Positions 9,747 to 20,397 are shown, counted from the first letter of the stretch. The stretch is 64,000 nt of DNA from Balneola sp. (GCA_048267405.1 JBLWXP010000001.1:20184-84183); one strand, 5' to 3'. Notes: generated by a model from the letters alone, not told the origin. Made by a program: numbers and translations.

Positions 9747-11675
9747 ATGGGAAAGATCATAGGAATTGACTTAGGAACTACAAACTCTTGCGTTTCAGTA
9801 ATGGAAGGTAACGAGCCTGTTGTAATTCAGAATGCCGAAGGTGGAAGAACAACTCCTTCTGTTGTGGCTTTTACAAAAGACGGCGAACGTTTGGTTGGTG
9901 CACCTGCAAAACGTCAGGCAATCACTAACCCAGACAAAACTGTAGCTTCTGTAAAGCGGTTTATGGGACGTATGTTCAGCGAGGTTAAAGAAGAAGCTAC
10001 TCAAGTTGCATATAAAATTGTAAACGGCGAAGATAATACGGCACGTGTTGAAATTGACGACCGTAAGTACGCTCCTCAAGAAATCTCAGCGATGATCCTT
10101 CAGAAAATGAAGCAAACTGCAGAAGAGTATTTAGGAGAGAAAGTAACAGAAGCTGTAATTACTGTTCCTGCTTATTTTAATGATGCTCAACGTAAAGCAA
10201 CTCAAGAAGCTGGTAAAATTGCTGGCTTAGAAGTTAAAAGAATTATAAACGAGCCAACAGCAGCTGCATTGGCTTACGGTTTAGATAAAAAGCACAAAGA
10301 CGAGACCATCGTTGTTTATGACCTTGGTGGCGGTACTTTTGATGTTTCTATCTTGGAACTTGGTGATGGCGTTTTTGAAGTAAAATCTACAAATGGTGAT
10401 ACTCACCTCGGTGGTGATGATTTTGATGCTCGTATTATCAATTTCTTAGCAGATGAATTTAAGAAAGAAGAAGGCATTGATTTACGCAAAGACCCAATGG
10501 CAATGCAACGTCTTAAAGACGCAGCTGAAAAAGCTAAGGTTGAGCTTTCAAGTTCATCAAAGACTAATGTAAATCTTCCTTTTGTTACTGCAACTCAGGA
10601 TGGACCAAAGCATTTAAACATTGACTTAAGCCGATCAAAATTCGAGCAACTAGTTGATGATCTTGTTAAACGTTCTATCGAGCCTTGCATAAAAGCATTG
10701 AAAGATGCTGGTTTAAGCAAAAGCGATATTGATGAAGTGATTCTTGTAGGTGGTTCAACACGTATTCCTAGAATTCAAGAAGCAGTAAAAGAATTCTTTG
10801 GCAAAGAGCCAAGCAAAGGTGTAAACCCTGATGAAGTTGTGGCAATTGGCGCAGCTATTCAAGGTGGTGTACTTTCTGGTGATGTTGACGATGTAGTTCT
10901 TTTAGATGTAACTCCACTTACTTTAGGTATCGAAACTCTTGGTGGCGTAATGACTCCACTAATCGAATCGAACAGCACAATACCAACTAGTAAGTCTCAA
11001 GTATTTTCTACGGCTGCCGACAACCAAAGCAGTGTAGAAATTCATGTGTTACAAGGCGAGCGTGCACAAGCAGCCGCAAACCGTACACTTGGTCGTTTCC
11101 ACTTAGACGGAATACCACCAGCACCACGCGGTATGCCACAAATTGAAGTGACATTCGATTTAGATGCTAACGGTGTTATCAATATCGTAGCGAAAGATAA
11201 AGGCACTGGAAAAGAGCAAACAATCAGAATCGAATCTTCTTCTGGGTTATCAGACGAAGACATCGAAAAAATGAAGCAAGCTGCTAAAGAGCACGAAGAT
11301 GAAGACAAAAAACTTCGTGAAAAAGTAGAGAAAATGAACCAAGCAGACGGCCTTATCTTCTCCACCAAAAAGCAACTTGATGAGTATGGCGATAAAATTT
11401 CTGAAGGCAATAAAACGGCCATCGAAGAAGCAATTGCTAAACTTGAAGAAGCTCATAAAGCTGAAAATCTAGAAGAGATTGATACTGCTATTGAGGCTGT
11501 TAACGCAGCTTGGACTGGTGCTTCTGAAGAAATCTACGCCGCAACTCAAGCAGAAGCAGAAGCACAAGGTGGCGACGCTGGTGCAGAAGCTTCGGCAAAT
11601 GATGCAAAATCGGAAAGCGATGATGCAGTAGATGCTGAATATGAAGTTGTTGATGAAGACGACGATAAGAAATAA
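9747..11675 (+). CDS. dnaK: molecular chaperone DnaK (Hsp70)
   Basis: 642 aa. Motifs seen: [35 protein letters not shown]. Acidic C-terminal tail. Confidence 0.98.
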   Translation: MGKIIGIDLGTTNSCVSVMEGNEPVVIQNAEGGRTTPSVVAFTKDGERLVGAPAKRQAITNPDKTVASVKRFMGRMFSEVKEEATQVAYKIVNGEDNTARVEIDDRKYAPQEISAMILQKMKQTAEEYLGEKVTEAVITVPAYFNDAQRKATQEAGKIAGLEVKRIINEPTAAALAYGLDKKHKDETIVVYDLGGGTFDVSILELGDGVFEVKSTNGDTHLGGDDFDARIINFLADEFKKEEGIDLRKDPMAMQRLKDAAEKAKVELSSSSKTNVNLPFVTATQDGPKHLNIDLSRSKFEQLVDDLVKRSIEPCIKALKDAGLSKSDIDEVILVGGSTRIPRIQEAVKEFFGKEPSKGVNPDEVVAIGAAIQGGVLSGDVDDVVLLDVTPLTLGIETLGGVMTPLIESNSTIPTSKSQVFSTAADNQSSVEIHVLQGERAQAAANRTLGRFHLDGIPPAPRGMPQIEVTFDLDANGVINIVAKDKGTGKEQTIRIESSSGLSDEDIEKMKQAAKEHEDEDKKLREKVEKMNQADGLIFSTKKQLDEYGDKISEGNKTAIEEAIAKLEEAHKAENLEEIDTAIEAVNAAWTGASEEIYAATQAEAEAQGGDAGAEASANDAKSESDDAVDAEYEVVDEDDDKK

Positions 11676-11703
11676 GTAACTCTTCATTTCCATTAAAATT
11701 TAA

Positions 11704-11735
11704 AAGCCCCAGCACTATGTGTTGGGGCTTTTTTA
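11704..11735 (+). terminator. rho-independent terminator of dnaK
   Basis: AAGCCCCA-(11 nt)-TGGGGCTT followed by TTTT, 29 nt after the dnaK stop. Confidence 0.7.
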
Positions 11736-11837
11736 TGTGATGTATTTTTTTAAAATTATTAATCAATCACAAAATATGGAGCCCTTCCACTTGTAACTGC
11801 TTAAGCGGTTAATTGTGTTTGTTCGTATCTTAACAGC

Positions 11838-12821
11838 ATGAATATTTTAGCCATTGAATCTTCTTGTGACGACACCTCCGCTGCGGTAATAACTAAAGCT
11901 GGCGTGCAGTCTAATGTTATTGCTTCTCAATCTATCCATGTGAAATTTGGAGGAGTAGTTCCTGAACTCGCGTCGCGTGCACATCAGAAAACAATAGTTC
12001 AAACCGTTGAACAAGCACTAGCGGAGGCTTCCGTTTCGGTAAATGAAATTGATTTGGTAGCGGTTACTCAAGGGCCAGGGTTGATGGGTTCTTTATTAGT
12101 TGGACTATGCTTTGCTAAGGGGTTAGCATTAGCTCAAAATATTCCACTTGTGGGTGTGAACCATATGGAGGCTCATATTTACGCTAACTTCATCGATAAT
12201 CAGCCTAAGTTTCCATTTTTGGCACTCACCGTTTCTGGCGGACATACTCAATTAGTACTAGTTAAAGCGCCATTTGAGCACGAAATACTCGGCCAAACAA
12301 GAGATGATGCAGCGGGTGAAGCTTTCGATAAAATTGGGAAAATTCTAGGGTTGCCTTATCCTGCTGGTCCTCAAATGGACGTGCTTGCCAAACTTGGAAA
12401 TCCGAAGTTCCACAAGTTTCCACAAGCGATGGTGAATGAAGGTTTAGATTTTAGCTTTTCAGGTCTTAAAACGAGTGCATTGTACTATGTGCAGGATAAA
12501 GAAGAGGAGTGGCTTAAAACGCATTTAAATGATATCTGCGCGAGTGTTTCTGAAGCTATTAGCGAGGTCTTAATCAAGAAATTGAAAAGAGCCGTTATAC
12601 AAACGGGAGTGCAAAGTATAGTGTTATCGGGAGGAGTTTCTGCTAATTCAATGTTGAGAGCAAAAACAGAAAATCTTGCTGAGAAAATGAGTTTAAATCT
12701 TCATATCCCAAAAATAAGCTACTGCACAGATAACGCCGCAATGATTGGAATTACGGGTAAGATGAAAGCTGAACTAGGAAAATTTGATGATTTAGGTGTA
12801 AAGCCGTTCGCATCTCTGTAG
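11838..12821 (+). CDS. tsaD: tRNA N6-adenosine threonylcarbamoyltransferase
   Basis: 327 aa, Kae1/Gcp family. Motifs seen: ILAIESSCDDTSAAV, GVNHMEAHI, VSGGHT, VLSGGVSAN. Confidence 0.9.
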   Translation: MNILAIESSCDDTSAAVITKAGVQSNVIASQSIHVKFGGVVPELASRAHQKTIVQTVEQALAEASVSVNEIDLVAVTQGPGLMGSLLVGLCFAKGLALAQNIPLVGVNHMEAHIYANFIDNQPKFPFLALTVSGGHTQLVLVKAPFEHEILGQTRDDAAGEAFDKIGKILGLPYPAGPQMDVLAKLGNPKFHKFPQAMVNEGLDFSFSGLKTSALYYVQDKEEEWLKTHLNDICASVSEAISEVLIKKLKRAVIQTGVQSIVLSGGVSANSMLRAKTENLAEKMSLNLHIPKISYCTDNAAMIGITGKMKAELGKFDDLGVKPFASL

Positions 12822-12830
12822 AGCCTAAAA

Positions 12831-15800
12831 CTAAAACATCTTTGCTAAAACAACGGTTTCTTTGAAGGTCTTTTTCTTGCCGCTTGCACTGTTGTAAGCT
12901 TCAAAAAGGATGATGTAGATACCAACTCTGTTTTTATTACGGTCGTCGGTGAGGCCATCCCAAATTAAGCTACCAGAAAAACCAGCAGCTTTACCATCGG
13001 CTAAGGTTCTCACTTTACGTCCGTACCTATCAAAAATACGTACACGAAGTAAATAATCGGCTTGATCTAGCTCATAGTTGATAAAAAGATTGTCCTCAAA
13101 GCCGTCATCATCCGGCGAAAATGGATTGCTTGAAAAAGATATTCCCGTCGAACCGTCGGTTGCATTAGGACTTTGATAAATAGAATTCTGTGATCCAGGA
13201 GTTCCTCCACGAGAATCTGTACTTGAACTCCAATTTGTAGATTCGTTTGACGGACCTATGGGGCTAATTTTTTCAAGAGCCACACCTTTTGTACTTGCTC
13301 TGTTGGGGTTTTGCCAACTTTGGTCGTATGCAACCGAGTCTATAACAGTACCCGTACTATCGGCGATGTAAATGGCATCGTTTGTTGCGGATAAACTGAG
13401 TGAAGAACGGTTTGCACGCATTGTGAATTGGTCATTTTGTCCCTCTAGCTCGAAATAAGCTGCAGTTCGACTATCTTTAAAAGTAGTTACTTTATCTTCT
13501 GAATAGATAAGCATGAATCCCCCTGGTGGAATCCATTTATAATTTGAGGAAACAGGCTCAATAATAGAAACTTCTCCATCTTCATTGGGCGCATCTGTTA
13601 AAACCAAACCTTCTAAAGAAATGGCATAATCTTGAGGATTATAAAGCTCAATATACTCGGTTTGGTCTGGTAGATTATCATCAGCATCGGCTAAAGGATC
13701 GTACAGAATTTCGTTTATTATAATTGTGCCTTGCTTTAAAGGTTGGGCAATTTGCTGAGTAATGGATGCCGTCTTGTTGCCTTTTATATCATACAAATTA
13801 GTTGCCTCAAAATTACTTTCCGCAGCTTTTTGTTTAGATGAAGATGTTAGTAATAATATTGTATTCGCCTGAGTAGAGTCGAATTGAAAATTGTCAACTT
13901 CAGCACCGTAAGCGATAAACCTAGTGTCTGATTTAATGGAGATAAACTCAGAAAAAGCGACAAAAAGTCCAGTGGGTGTTTGGCTTGCGAAAATTACGGT
14001 TGGTGCTTCAGTATCGTCTTGGCGTTCAGAGCTTACTACTCCTACTGAAGTTCCACCCTCAGCGGTACTAGAGGTCCAATTAGAGGCATCATTAGAAGCG
14101 GCAAAAGGATCTTTTCTTTCTATCGAAATACCATTATTTCCGCCCCAACTAGAATTATAATAGAGGCTATCAATAAGAAGTCCATCAGCAGTTTTAATAA
14201 CTACGGCATCTCCAGCATCATTTAGAGAAGGGAAGCTTGATAGATACAAACCGTTACTTAATGAAGATGCGAAATTCTGTTTATCGGTAAGAACAAGAAA
14301 TTCGCCAGAAGTGAGAATAGTACCAGCAGGAAGTGTGGCTTTATTGTTCGCTGCGTCTTTGAGTTGCCAACCACCTAAATCAATATTTTTGGTAGAACGA
14401 TTGAACAGTTCTACAAACTCAGGACCATCTTCGTTTGCCTTCTTAAACAGAATCTCATTAATCACTATATCAGCTTTAGCTGCTGGTATAAACTCTAAGT
14501 ATCTAAGCTCCGTAGTTTGTGACAAGGTAGTGTTACCAAAAATATCCGACTGATCTTGTATAGTGAGTATATACGATTCACCCTCAACCAAATTAGAGGA
14601 AAACGTAATTGTGACTATTGCATCTTGAACTGAAACTGCTTGAATGGAAATAGATGGAGATAAAGAATAGTTAGCTGGGTTTTCAGCTTTTTCTTTATCC
14701 AAAAATTGATCGAAAGTTAGCTTTACTGAGCTTTGAGAAAGAATTTCAGTAGATAAAAGTTCAGGTCCAGAAGAGGCAGGTTTAACTTCATTGACTTCGC
14801 CGGGAGTCCCAAGTGCTGAGCTTGGAGAGTTGCCCCAATTCGCTTGTAGGCTAGATGGGAGGTTAGCGTCTATTCGTTCTAAAGCAATATCTTTTCCGCC
14901 CCAACTGGAAGAATAAGTGAGAGAATCTATGGTGTTACCAAACTCATTACGGATAACAATTGCGTCGGTAGTGTTATTTAATGCAGGGAACCGGGTACCC
15001 ATTACAATTGCATTTGATACACCAAAGTTCTTAATGAGTGTGCTATCGGGTAACAATAGCACATAGAGATTTGTTGGGAAGTTTCCCTCACTAGATTTCT
15101 GAAATATGAAATCTTCGGTGGTTATAATTTTATGAGAACCGGTATTATCGCTAAGTGTCCAGTTTCTTAAATTGAAGGTGCTATTTTGATTAATGTATAG
15201 CTCAATGTATTCGGAGTAATCGTCAGCAGGGTCGTACATAAATTCATTTATAACCACATCGCCACTAGTGGCAGTATCAATTTTTGTGATAACAAAATTG
15301 GTAGCTAACGATCTACTAATATTCCCAAAAATATCTTCCACGTGATTGACTTGAAGTACATCAGGATAGTTGTGTACAGAATAATCGAGCGGTGGGTCGA
15401 ATTTTAAGGAAACTGAATCAGGAGCAAATAAGGTTGCCGAAAGCAGATTGGTGATTTTAGGAGTTACCGCTTTCACTTGCCTATAAAGGTCGTAATTGTT
15501 TAAGCTTTCAACAGAATCTGCTTTTACCGCTTCCGTAAAAACAAGAATGAGCTCTTGTCTATCAACAACAATAAGGGCTTTAATTTCTGGAGCAGTTGTA
15601 TCAGGCTTTATGGCATTGGCTTTTCCTGGTGTGCCAAATAATGGTGAAGGTGAATCGCCCCAGTTTTCTACAATCGTTCCTGTTACAGAACTCGTTCTAC
15701 GTTCTAAGGCTACGTCTACACCGCCCCAAGAGGGTTCGTATTGTAAAGAGTCTACCGTAACGTTTTGCGTATCGTACACACGAATTTGATCGGAGGTGTT

Positions 15801-17015
15801 GTTAAGAGCTGGCAATGAAGCTCGGACATAGTAACCTGAGCCAAAACTGGATGTAAGAGCTGAAGTATCAGTTGTGAAAACCACAAAACTATCTGGATAA
15901 AGTACTAAATCTGAGTTGGAGGGTGTAGTTAGTGTATTGTTATCACCAACTTTCCAGTTTTTCAGGTTCAGATACTTTGAGCTTGTATTCTTGAGCTCAA
16001 TATATTCGGCAGCTCCAGGCGATGGGTCTTTCATAAATTCGTTAATTACCACATCTCCAGCCTCAAAAGTATCAAAGAGAAAGAAACTAAAAGAAGTGTC
16101 AGCCAAGGATGTATCTCCGGCCAAATCATTAATTCCAGAAATACTAAGTTGATTCTCACCGCCTGAAAACGAATCGGCAAAGGTAAGTCGAACTAAATCA
16201 CTGCTAGGTAGAGTAAAACTTGAAGGATTGATTGAGTTGGGATTCAGCTCAAAGTCGGAAGTAGCAATACTTGTGGGGTCAATATCTTTAGTAAATGAGA
16301 TATCAATCTGAGTATTGTTTACAAGAGTGAATGCTTCTACTAAAAGCGGATTTATAACTACTGGCGGCTGATTAATTTTGAAGTCGTAATAAAAACCTTT
16401 TGAGTTACTAGAAGTATATGTTGCTCGTAACCCGAAGAAAGAGGTAGTAGTGTAGGTGTTATCTGTTCCAGTAGCTTCTTGTGCTAGCGAGCCATTGTAT
16501 CCTTCAGCAACTTCTAAATTCCAGTTTCCCGAAGCATCTCTATGTACTTTAACTCGATAAGAACCACCGCTACTTATGTTTGTAGTGCCAGTGAGTACTT
16601 CTCCATCTTGTGCACCATTAGTCATCTTAAAAAGGCGGAATACATCTCCAGATAAATTTTCTCCTGCTCGTAAAGCGTAACCGTTTACAGCGCCAGAAAG
16701 ATCTGCAATATCGCTCATCAAAAAGATTTGAGTGAAATTGTTGTTAGATGGGCTAAAATCGAGACGTACAAAAAACTCCCAATACCCAACTGCATTTGTA
16801 GATGATGTGGAAAGGTATGAATTACCAGTTCCGTTATCATTAAGCTGAAGCACTTGGTTGCCATCTAAAGAGGCAACTGTAAAGTTAGAATCGGCTCCCG
16901 ACCAAGTGGGTCCCAAGGTGAAGTTGCCATCAGAAAAGTCATCTTCAAAATTTACCTGTTGTGCCAAAGTAAGCGCAGGTAAAAGAATTAAGAATAATAG
17001 GATGATTTGTTTCAT
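12831..17015 (-). CDS. giant secreted protein: N-terminal lectin/LamG-like region, four lamin-tail-domain (LTD) modules with Ig-like spacers, T9SS type B C-terminal sorting domain
   Basis: 1394 aa with signal peptide MKQIILLFLILLPALTLAQ. There are four LTD cores (VVINEFMKDPSPGAAEYIELKN, VVINEFMYDPADDYSEYIELY, IVINEILFKKANEDGPEFVELFN, IIINEILYDP...TEYIELYN). Three of them end in NW(G/S)..S...GTPG..N; the third ends NWTSSTAEGGTSVG. The C-terminus FSPDDDGFEDNLFINY...IFDRYGRKV...WDG...GIYIILFEA fits the gliding-motility/CHU_C type B CTD pattern. Confidence 0.8.
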   Translation of the reverse strand: MKQIILLFLILLPALTLAQQVNFEDDFSDGNFTLGPTWSGADSNFTVASLDGNQVLQLNDNGTGNSYLSTSSTNAVGYWEFFVRLDFSPSNNNFTQIFLMSDIADLSGAVNGYALRAGENLSGDVFRLFKMTNGAQDGEVLTGTTNISSGGSYRVKVHRDASGNWNLEVAEGYNGSLAQEATGTDNTYTTTSFFGLRATYTSSNSKGFYYDFKINQPPVVINPLLVEAFTLVNNTQIDISFTKDIDPTSIATSDFELNPNSINPSSFTLPSSDLVRLTFADSFSGGENQLSISGINDLAGDTSLADTSFSFFLFDTFEAGDVVINEFMKDPSPGAAEYIELKNTSSKYLNLKNWKVGDNNTLTTPSNSDLVLYPDSFVVFTTDTSALTSSFGSGYYVRASLPALNNTSDQIRVYDTQNVTVDSLQYEPSWGGVDVALERRTSSVTGTIVENWGDSPSPLFGTPGKANAIKPDTTAPEIKALIVVDRQELILVFTEAVKADSVESLNNYDLYRQVKAVTPKITNLLSATLFAPDSVSLKFDPPLDYSVHNYPDVLQVNHVEDIFGNISRSLATNFVITKIDTATSGDVVINEFMYDPADDYSEYIELYINQNSTFNLRNWTLSDNTGSHKIITTEDFIFQKSSEGNFPTNLYVLLLPDSTLIKNFGVSNAIVMGTRFPALNNTTDAIVIRNEFGNTIDSLTYSSSWGGKDIALERIDANLPSSLQANWGNSPSSALGTPGEVNEVKPASSGPELLSTEILSQSSVKLTFDQFLDKEKAENPANYSLSPSISIQAVSVQDAIVTITFSSNLVEGESYILTIQDQSDIFGNTTLSQTTELRYLEFIPAAKADIVINEILFKKANEDGPEFVELFNRSTKNIDLGGWQLKDAANNKATLPAGTILTSGEFLVLTDKQNFASSLSNGLYLSSFPSLNDAGDAVVIKTADGLLIDSLYYNSSWGGNNGISIERKDPFAASNDASNWTSSTAEGGTSVGVVSSERQDDTEAPTVIFASQTPTGLFVAFSEFISIKSDTRFIAYGAEVDNFQFDSTQANTILLLTSSSKQKAAESNFEATNLYDIKGNKTASITQQIAQPLKQGTIIINEILYDPLADADDNLPDQTEYIELYNPQDYAISLEGLVLTDAPNEDGEVSIIEPVSSNYKWIPPGGFMLIYSEDKVTTFKDSRTAAYFELEGQNDQFTMRANRSSLSLSATNDAIYIADSTGTVIDSVAYDQSWQNPNRASTKGVALEKISPIGPSNESTNWSSSTDSRGGTPGSQNSIYQSPNATDGSTGISFSSNPFSPDDDGFEDNLFINYELDQADYLLRVRIFDRYGRKVRTLADGKAAGFSGSLIWDGLTDDRNKNRVGIYIILFEAYNSASGKKKTFKETVVLAKMF

Positions 17016-17062
17016 ACCTCATAGAATAGTAGAGGTAGATGATTTAATCAATAGCTAAATCT

Positions 17063-17101
17063 TTAAAAAAATAGGGTAAAAGGATTTTCCACCTTTTACC
17101 C
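17063..17101 (-). terminator. intrinsic terminator in the 5' leader of the LTD gene (minus strand)
   Basis: The minus strand reads GGGTAAAAGG-TGGAAAAT-CCTTTTACCC-TATTTTTTT, a perfect 10-bp stem, 8-nt loop and 7 T. It ends about 50 nt upstream of the ATG at 17015. Confidence 0.6.
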
Positions 17102-17261
17102 TTGAAGGACAATGGGAGCTGTCGAACTCCCAAGGCAATTGTATGTCGTGTCTCTACAACTGTAAGGTTAGACCGATTAGTGAGGAACTCCTTACAGAAA
17201 TTCCGTACATTTTTTAAAATATATTTGTAGCTACATAACTCACTAATAAACAGTATCTCCT

Positions 17262-17639
17262 ATGAGAAGCTTACCTTTTTATACTGACGATTTAAACGGC
17301 GGATTCATGAAACTAGAAGGAATCTTGCGAGTGGAAGGAGAGTTTCTGTGCTTTGAGTTCCAAAAAAAGGATGCCGTTTTTGAAGCATATCAGTCTGAAT
17401 TGAAAACAATCGAAATTCCAATAGCGAATATTGAAATGGCAGAATACAAGCAGGGGTTAATTTCAGCGAAATTAATTCTGCATGGGAAAAGAGCTGCATC
17501 TTTTGAAGGGTTACCAGGAAAAGACCTTACAACACGTATACTCAAAGTGAAGAGAGCACATCGTAATATTGCTGCATCCGTATCGTCTAATTTGAATCTT
17601 AGACTTTCTGAGATGAAGCTAAAAGAAATGGAAGAATAA
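17262..17639 (+). CDS. hypothetical protein (small, possibly PH-like fold)
   Basis: 125-aa ORF with no recognised motif. TATATTTG (17220-17227) lies upstream. An alternative start exists at 17307. Confidence 0.4.
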   Translation: MRSLPFYTDDLNGGFMKLEGILRVEGEFLCFEFQKKDAVFEAYQSELKTIEIPIANIEMAEYKQGLISAKLILHGKRAASFEGLPGKDLTTRILKVKRAHRNIAASVSSNLNLRLSEMKLKEMEE

Positions 17640-17651
17640 ACTCGATAAAAT

Positions 17652-17678
17652 AAAAGAGCACCATAATGATGCTCTTTT
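17652..17678. terminator. bidirectional terminator between convergent genes
   Basis: AAAAGAGCA-(9 nt)-TGCTCTTTT, with A-run and T-run flanks on both sides. It sits between ORF 17262-17639 (+) and asd (-). Confidence 0.6.
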
Positions 17679-17709
17679 AAGTATTCGTATTAGAATGGAG
17701 AGTGAAGGT

Positions 17710-18765
17710 TTATTTCAAAAAACCTTTCTTAACAAGTAGTTCAGCATTTAAAATAGCACCACCTGCAGCTCCTCGAATAGTATTGTGAGCCATCACTACA
17801 AAGCTGATATCGAAAACTTCAGCATCGCGTAAGCGTCCCATATGCAATTGCATTCCGTTTTCTTGGTCGGCATGGAGGCGAGGCTGAGGGTGACGATCAT
17901 CTTTGTGGAGTTTGATTACATTTTTTGGGGCAAAAGGTAAATCAAGGCCAGCTATCAGATTATTAGTGTTGAAGTTCTCGATAACCTTTTCTACTTCCGC
18001 AATATTAGCTGGTTTCTTTGCTAACTTCACCGTAACTGCAGCCATGTGTCCATTTATGCTAGGTACACGTGTACAAGTTGCTTGCACAGAAAAAGCAGGC
18101 TCATTTACAGTGCCGTTTTCTAACTTACCTAACAGTTTATGAGCTTCGGGAGCGATTTTAGGCTCTTCGCCAGAGATAAATGGAACTACATTACCAAGAA
18201 TATCTAAGCTTGGCACACCAGGGTAGCCAGCTCCCGATACAGCTTGCATCGTAGTTAAAATCATGCTTTCAATACCAAAAGCTTCATGTATTGGCTTAAG
18301 AGCAATGGATAAAGGTACAGCTACGCAGTTAGGATTAGTTACAATCCAGCCAGATCCATCTTCCGTAAAAGTCTGTTGTTTAATAAGCTCAGTATGCTCT
18401 GGATTTACTTCAGGAACTAAAAGAGGAACAGTTGGATCCATTCTGTAATTCTTTGCATTAGAAATTACAGGAATGCCAGCTCGTGCAAAAGCACCTTCAA
18501 TTTCAAAAGCTACAGAGGCGTCCAATCCAGAGAAAACAAAGTCGATACCTTCGAAATTGTTAGGCTCGCAGTTTAAAACGGTCATTTCTGCAACAGATTT
18601 AGGCAAAACTACATCTTCTATCCAGTTGGCAGCTTCAATATAAGGTTTACCAGCTGAACGTTCGGATGCTCCAAGTGCAGCAATCTCGAACCATGGATGA
18701 TTTTGTAGTAGCCGAATAAATTTTTGGCCAACGGCGCCAGTTGCGCCAAGAATACCAACTTTCAT
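17710..18765 (-). CDS. asd: aspartate-semialdehyde dehydrogenase
   Basis: 351 aa. MKVGILGATGAVGQKF Rossmann start; the active-site Cys context NPNCVAV and QAVSGAGY are present. Confidence 0.9.
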   Translation of the reverse strand: MKVGILGATGAVGQKFIRLLQNHPWFEIAALGASERSAGKPYIEAANWIEDVVLPKSVAEMTVLNCEPNNFEGIDFVFSGLDASVAFEIEGAFARAGIPVISNAKNYRMDPTVPLLVPEVNPEHTELIKQQTFTEDGSGWIVTNPNCVAVPLSIALKPIHEAFGIESMILTTMQAVSGAGYPGVPSLDILGNVVPFISGEEPKIAPEAHKLLGKLENGTVNEPAFSVQATCTRVPSINGHMAAVTVKLAKKPANIAEVEKVIENFNTNNLIAGLDLPFAPKNVIKLHKDDRHPQPRLHADQENGMQLHMGRLRDAEVFDISFVVMAHNTIRGAAGGAILNAELLVKKGFLK

Positions 18766-18948
18766 GAGTTTTAATTAAGAATGAATAAGTGAGTTTTAGT
18801 GAGAGCAACGAAAATACACATTCCTAATACGGATTTCTCAATAATTACATCAAAAAAGGGAAATCTTATTCAGAAAGCTTCCAAAACAGTGTAGCAAATT
18901 AGTATCTTAAAGGTTCACTCATATTCACACACTAAAAAAGACGAGTTC

Positions 18949-20397
18949 ATGTCAAATTTGGACAGCTTAGACAAAATTGTATCGCTAGCGAAATCCCGCG
19001 GGTTTATTTTTCAATCTTCTGAGATATATGGCGGCCTGAGTGCTGTTTATGATTACGGCCCATTAGGAGTGGAACTAAAGCGAAATATTCGCAATGCTTG
19101 GTGGAAAGAAATGACCCAACGCCATGATAATATCGTAGGTATTGATGCAGCCATTTTTATGCACCCAAAAGTGTGGGAAGCAAGTGGACACGTGGGCGGT
19201 TTTAACGACCCTATGATTGATGATAAACAGTCTAAAAAACGCTACCGCGCTGATATGCTCATTGAGCAGTATATTTTTAAACTTGAAAAAGACGGTAAGA
19301 CAGAAAAGGCTGCTGAGATTCAAGAGTTGTTAGATACAACAGGCACGCGTAAGAGTTTAACTGAAGACCTGTACGACATCATTATGGAGAATGAAATTCG
19401 TGCCCCAGAGTCTGGCGCTTTTGATTGGACCGAAGTTCGCCAATTTAACTTGATGTTTAAAACTGCTTTTGGTGCTACATCAAGTGAAGAAGACGGAGTA
19501 TATTTACGCCCAGAGACTGCACAAGGTATTTTTGTGAACTACAAAAACGTGCTCGATACTACCCGTGTTAGCGTGCCTTTTGGAATTGCACAAACAGGGA
19601 AAGCGTTCAGGAATGAAGTTGTAGCTCGCCAGTTTGTATTTCGTATGAGGGAATTTGAACAAATGGAAATGCAATATTTTGTAGAGCCTGGTACTGATGA
19701 TGCTGCCTACGAAGAGTGGAGAGAAAAACGTATAGCTTGGCATAAGAAGATTGGTATTCGTGAAGAAAACCTGAGATTCATGCCTCACCCAGAAGATAAA
19801 TTAGCACATTATGCTCGTGCTGCTGATGATGTTCAGTATCAATTTCCAATTGGCTGGCAAGAAGTGGAAGGTATTCACAACCGTACCGATTTCGATTTAT
19901 CTCAGCACCAAAAATTCTCTGGTAAAAAACTCGATTATTTCGACCAAAAGAACAACAAACGTTTTGTTCCTTATGTGATAGAAACTTCAATCGGTCTAGA
20001 TCGCTGTACACTTATGGTGCTTTGTGATGCTTATAGAGAAGAAGAGGTGGATGGTGAAAAACGAGTTGTATTAAAAATGCACCCAGAGTTGGCTCCTATT
20101 CAAGTTGGAGTTTTCCCGCTTATTAAAAAGCCAGAACTTCAAGAAATAGCGCACAAAATCACGGATGATTTACGCGAAGATTTCTCAGTTCAGTACGATG
20201 AAACAGGTTCTATTGGTAAGCGTTATCGTCGTTTAGACGAAGCAGGAACTCCATTCTGTATCACCGTAGATTTTGACGGTTTAGAAGATAACACCGTTAC
20301 TATCCGCTACCGTGATGACATGAGCCAAGAGCGCATTCCTGTAGATAAAGTTGGCGAAGTAATTAGAGCTGGCATTAAGAATTGGAAACTCTCTTAA
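18949..20397 (+). CDS. glyQS: glycine--tRNA ligase (homodimeric class II type)
   Basis: 482 aa. Motifs seen: SRGFIFQSSEIYGGLSAVYDYGPLGVELKRNI, FRNE...RMREFEQMEMQYF, ETSIGLDR. Confidence 0.95.
   Translation: MSNLDSLDKIVSLAKSRGFIFQSSEIYGGLSAVYDYGPLGVELKRNIRNAWWKEMTQRHDNIVGIDAAIFMHPKVWEASGHVGGFNDPMIDDKQSKKRYRADMLIEQYIFKLEKDGKTEKAAEIQELLDTTGTRKSLTEDLYDIIMENEIRAPESGAFDWTEVRQFNLMFKTAFGATSSEEDGVYLRPETAQGIFVNYKNVLDTTRVSVPFGIAQTGKAFRNEVVARQFVFRMREFEQMEMQYFVEPGTDDAAYEEWREKRIAWHKKIGIREENLRFMPHPEDKLAHYARAADDVQYQFPIGWQEVEGIHNRTDFDLSQHQKFSGKKLDYFDQKNNKRFVPYVIETSIGLDRCTLMVLCDAYREEEVDGEKRVVLKMHPELAPIQVGVFPLIKKPELQEIAHKITDDLREDFSVQYDETGSIGKRYRRLDEAGTPFCITVDFDGLEDNTVTIRYRDDMSQERIPVDKVGEVIRAGIKNWKLS

Noticed and set aside
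18766-18948. T-box leader upstream of glyQS.
   Set aside because: No T-box sequence or specifier/antiterminator architecture is visible, and T-boxes are not expected in this lineage.
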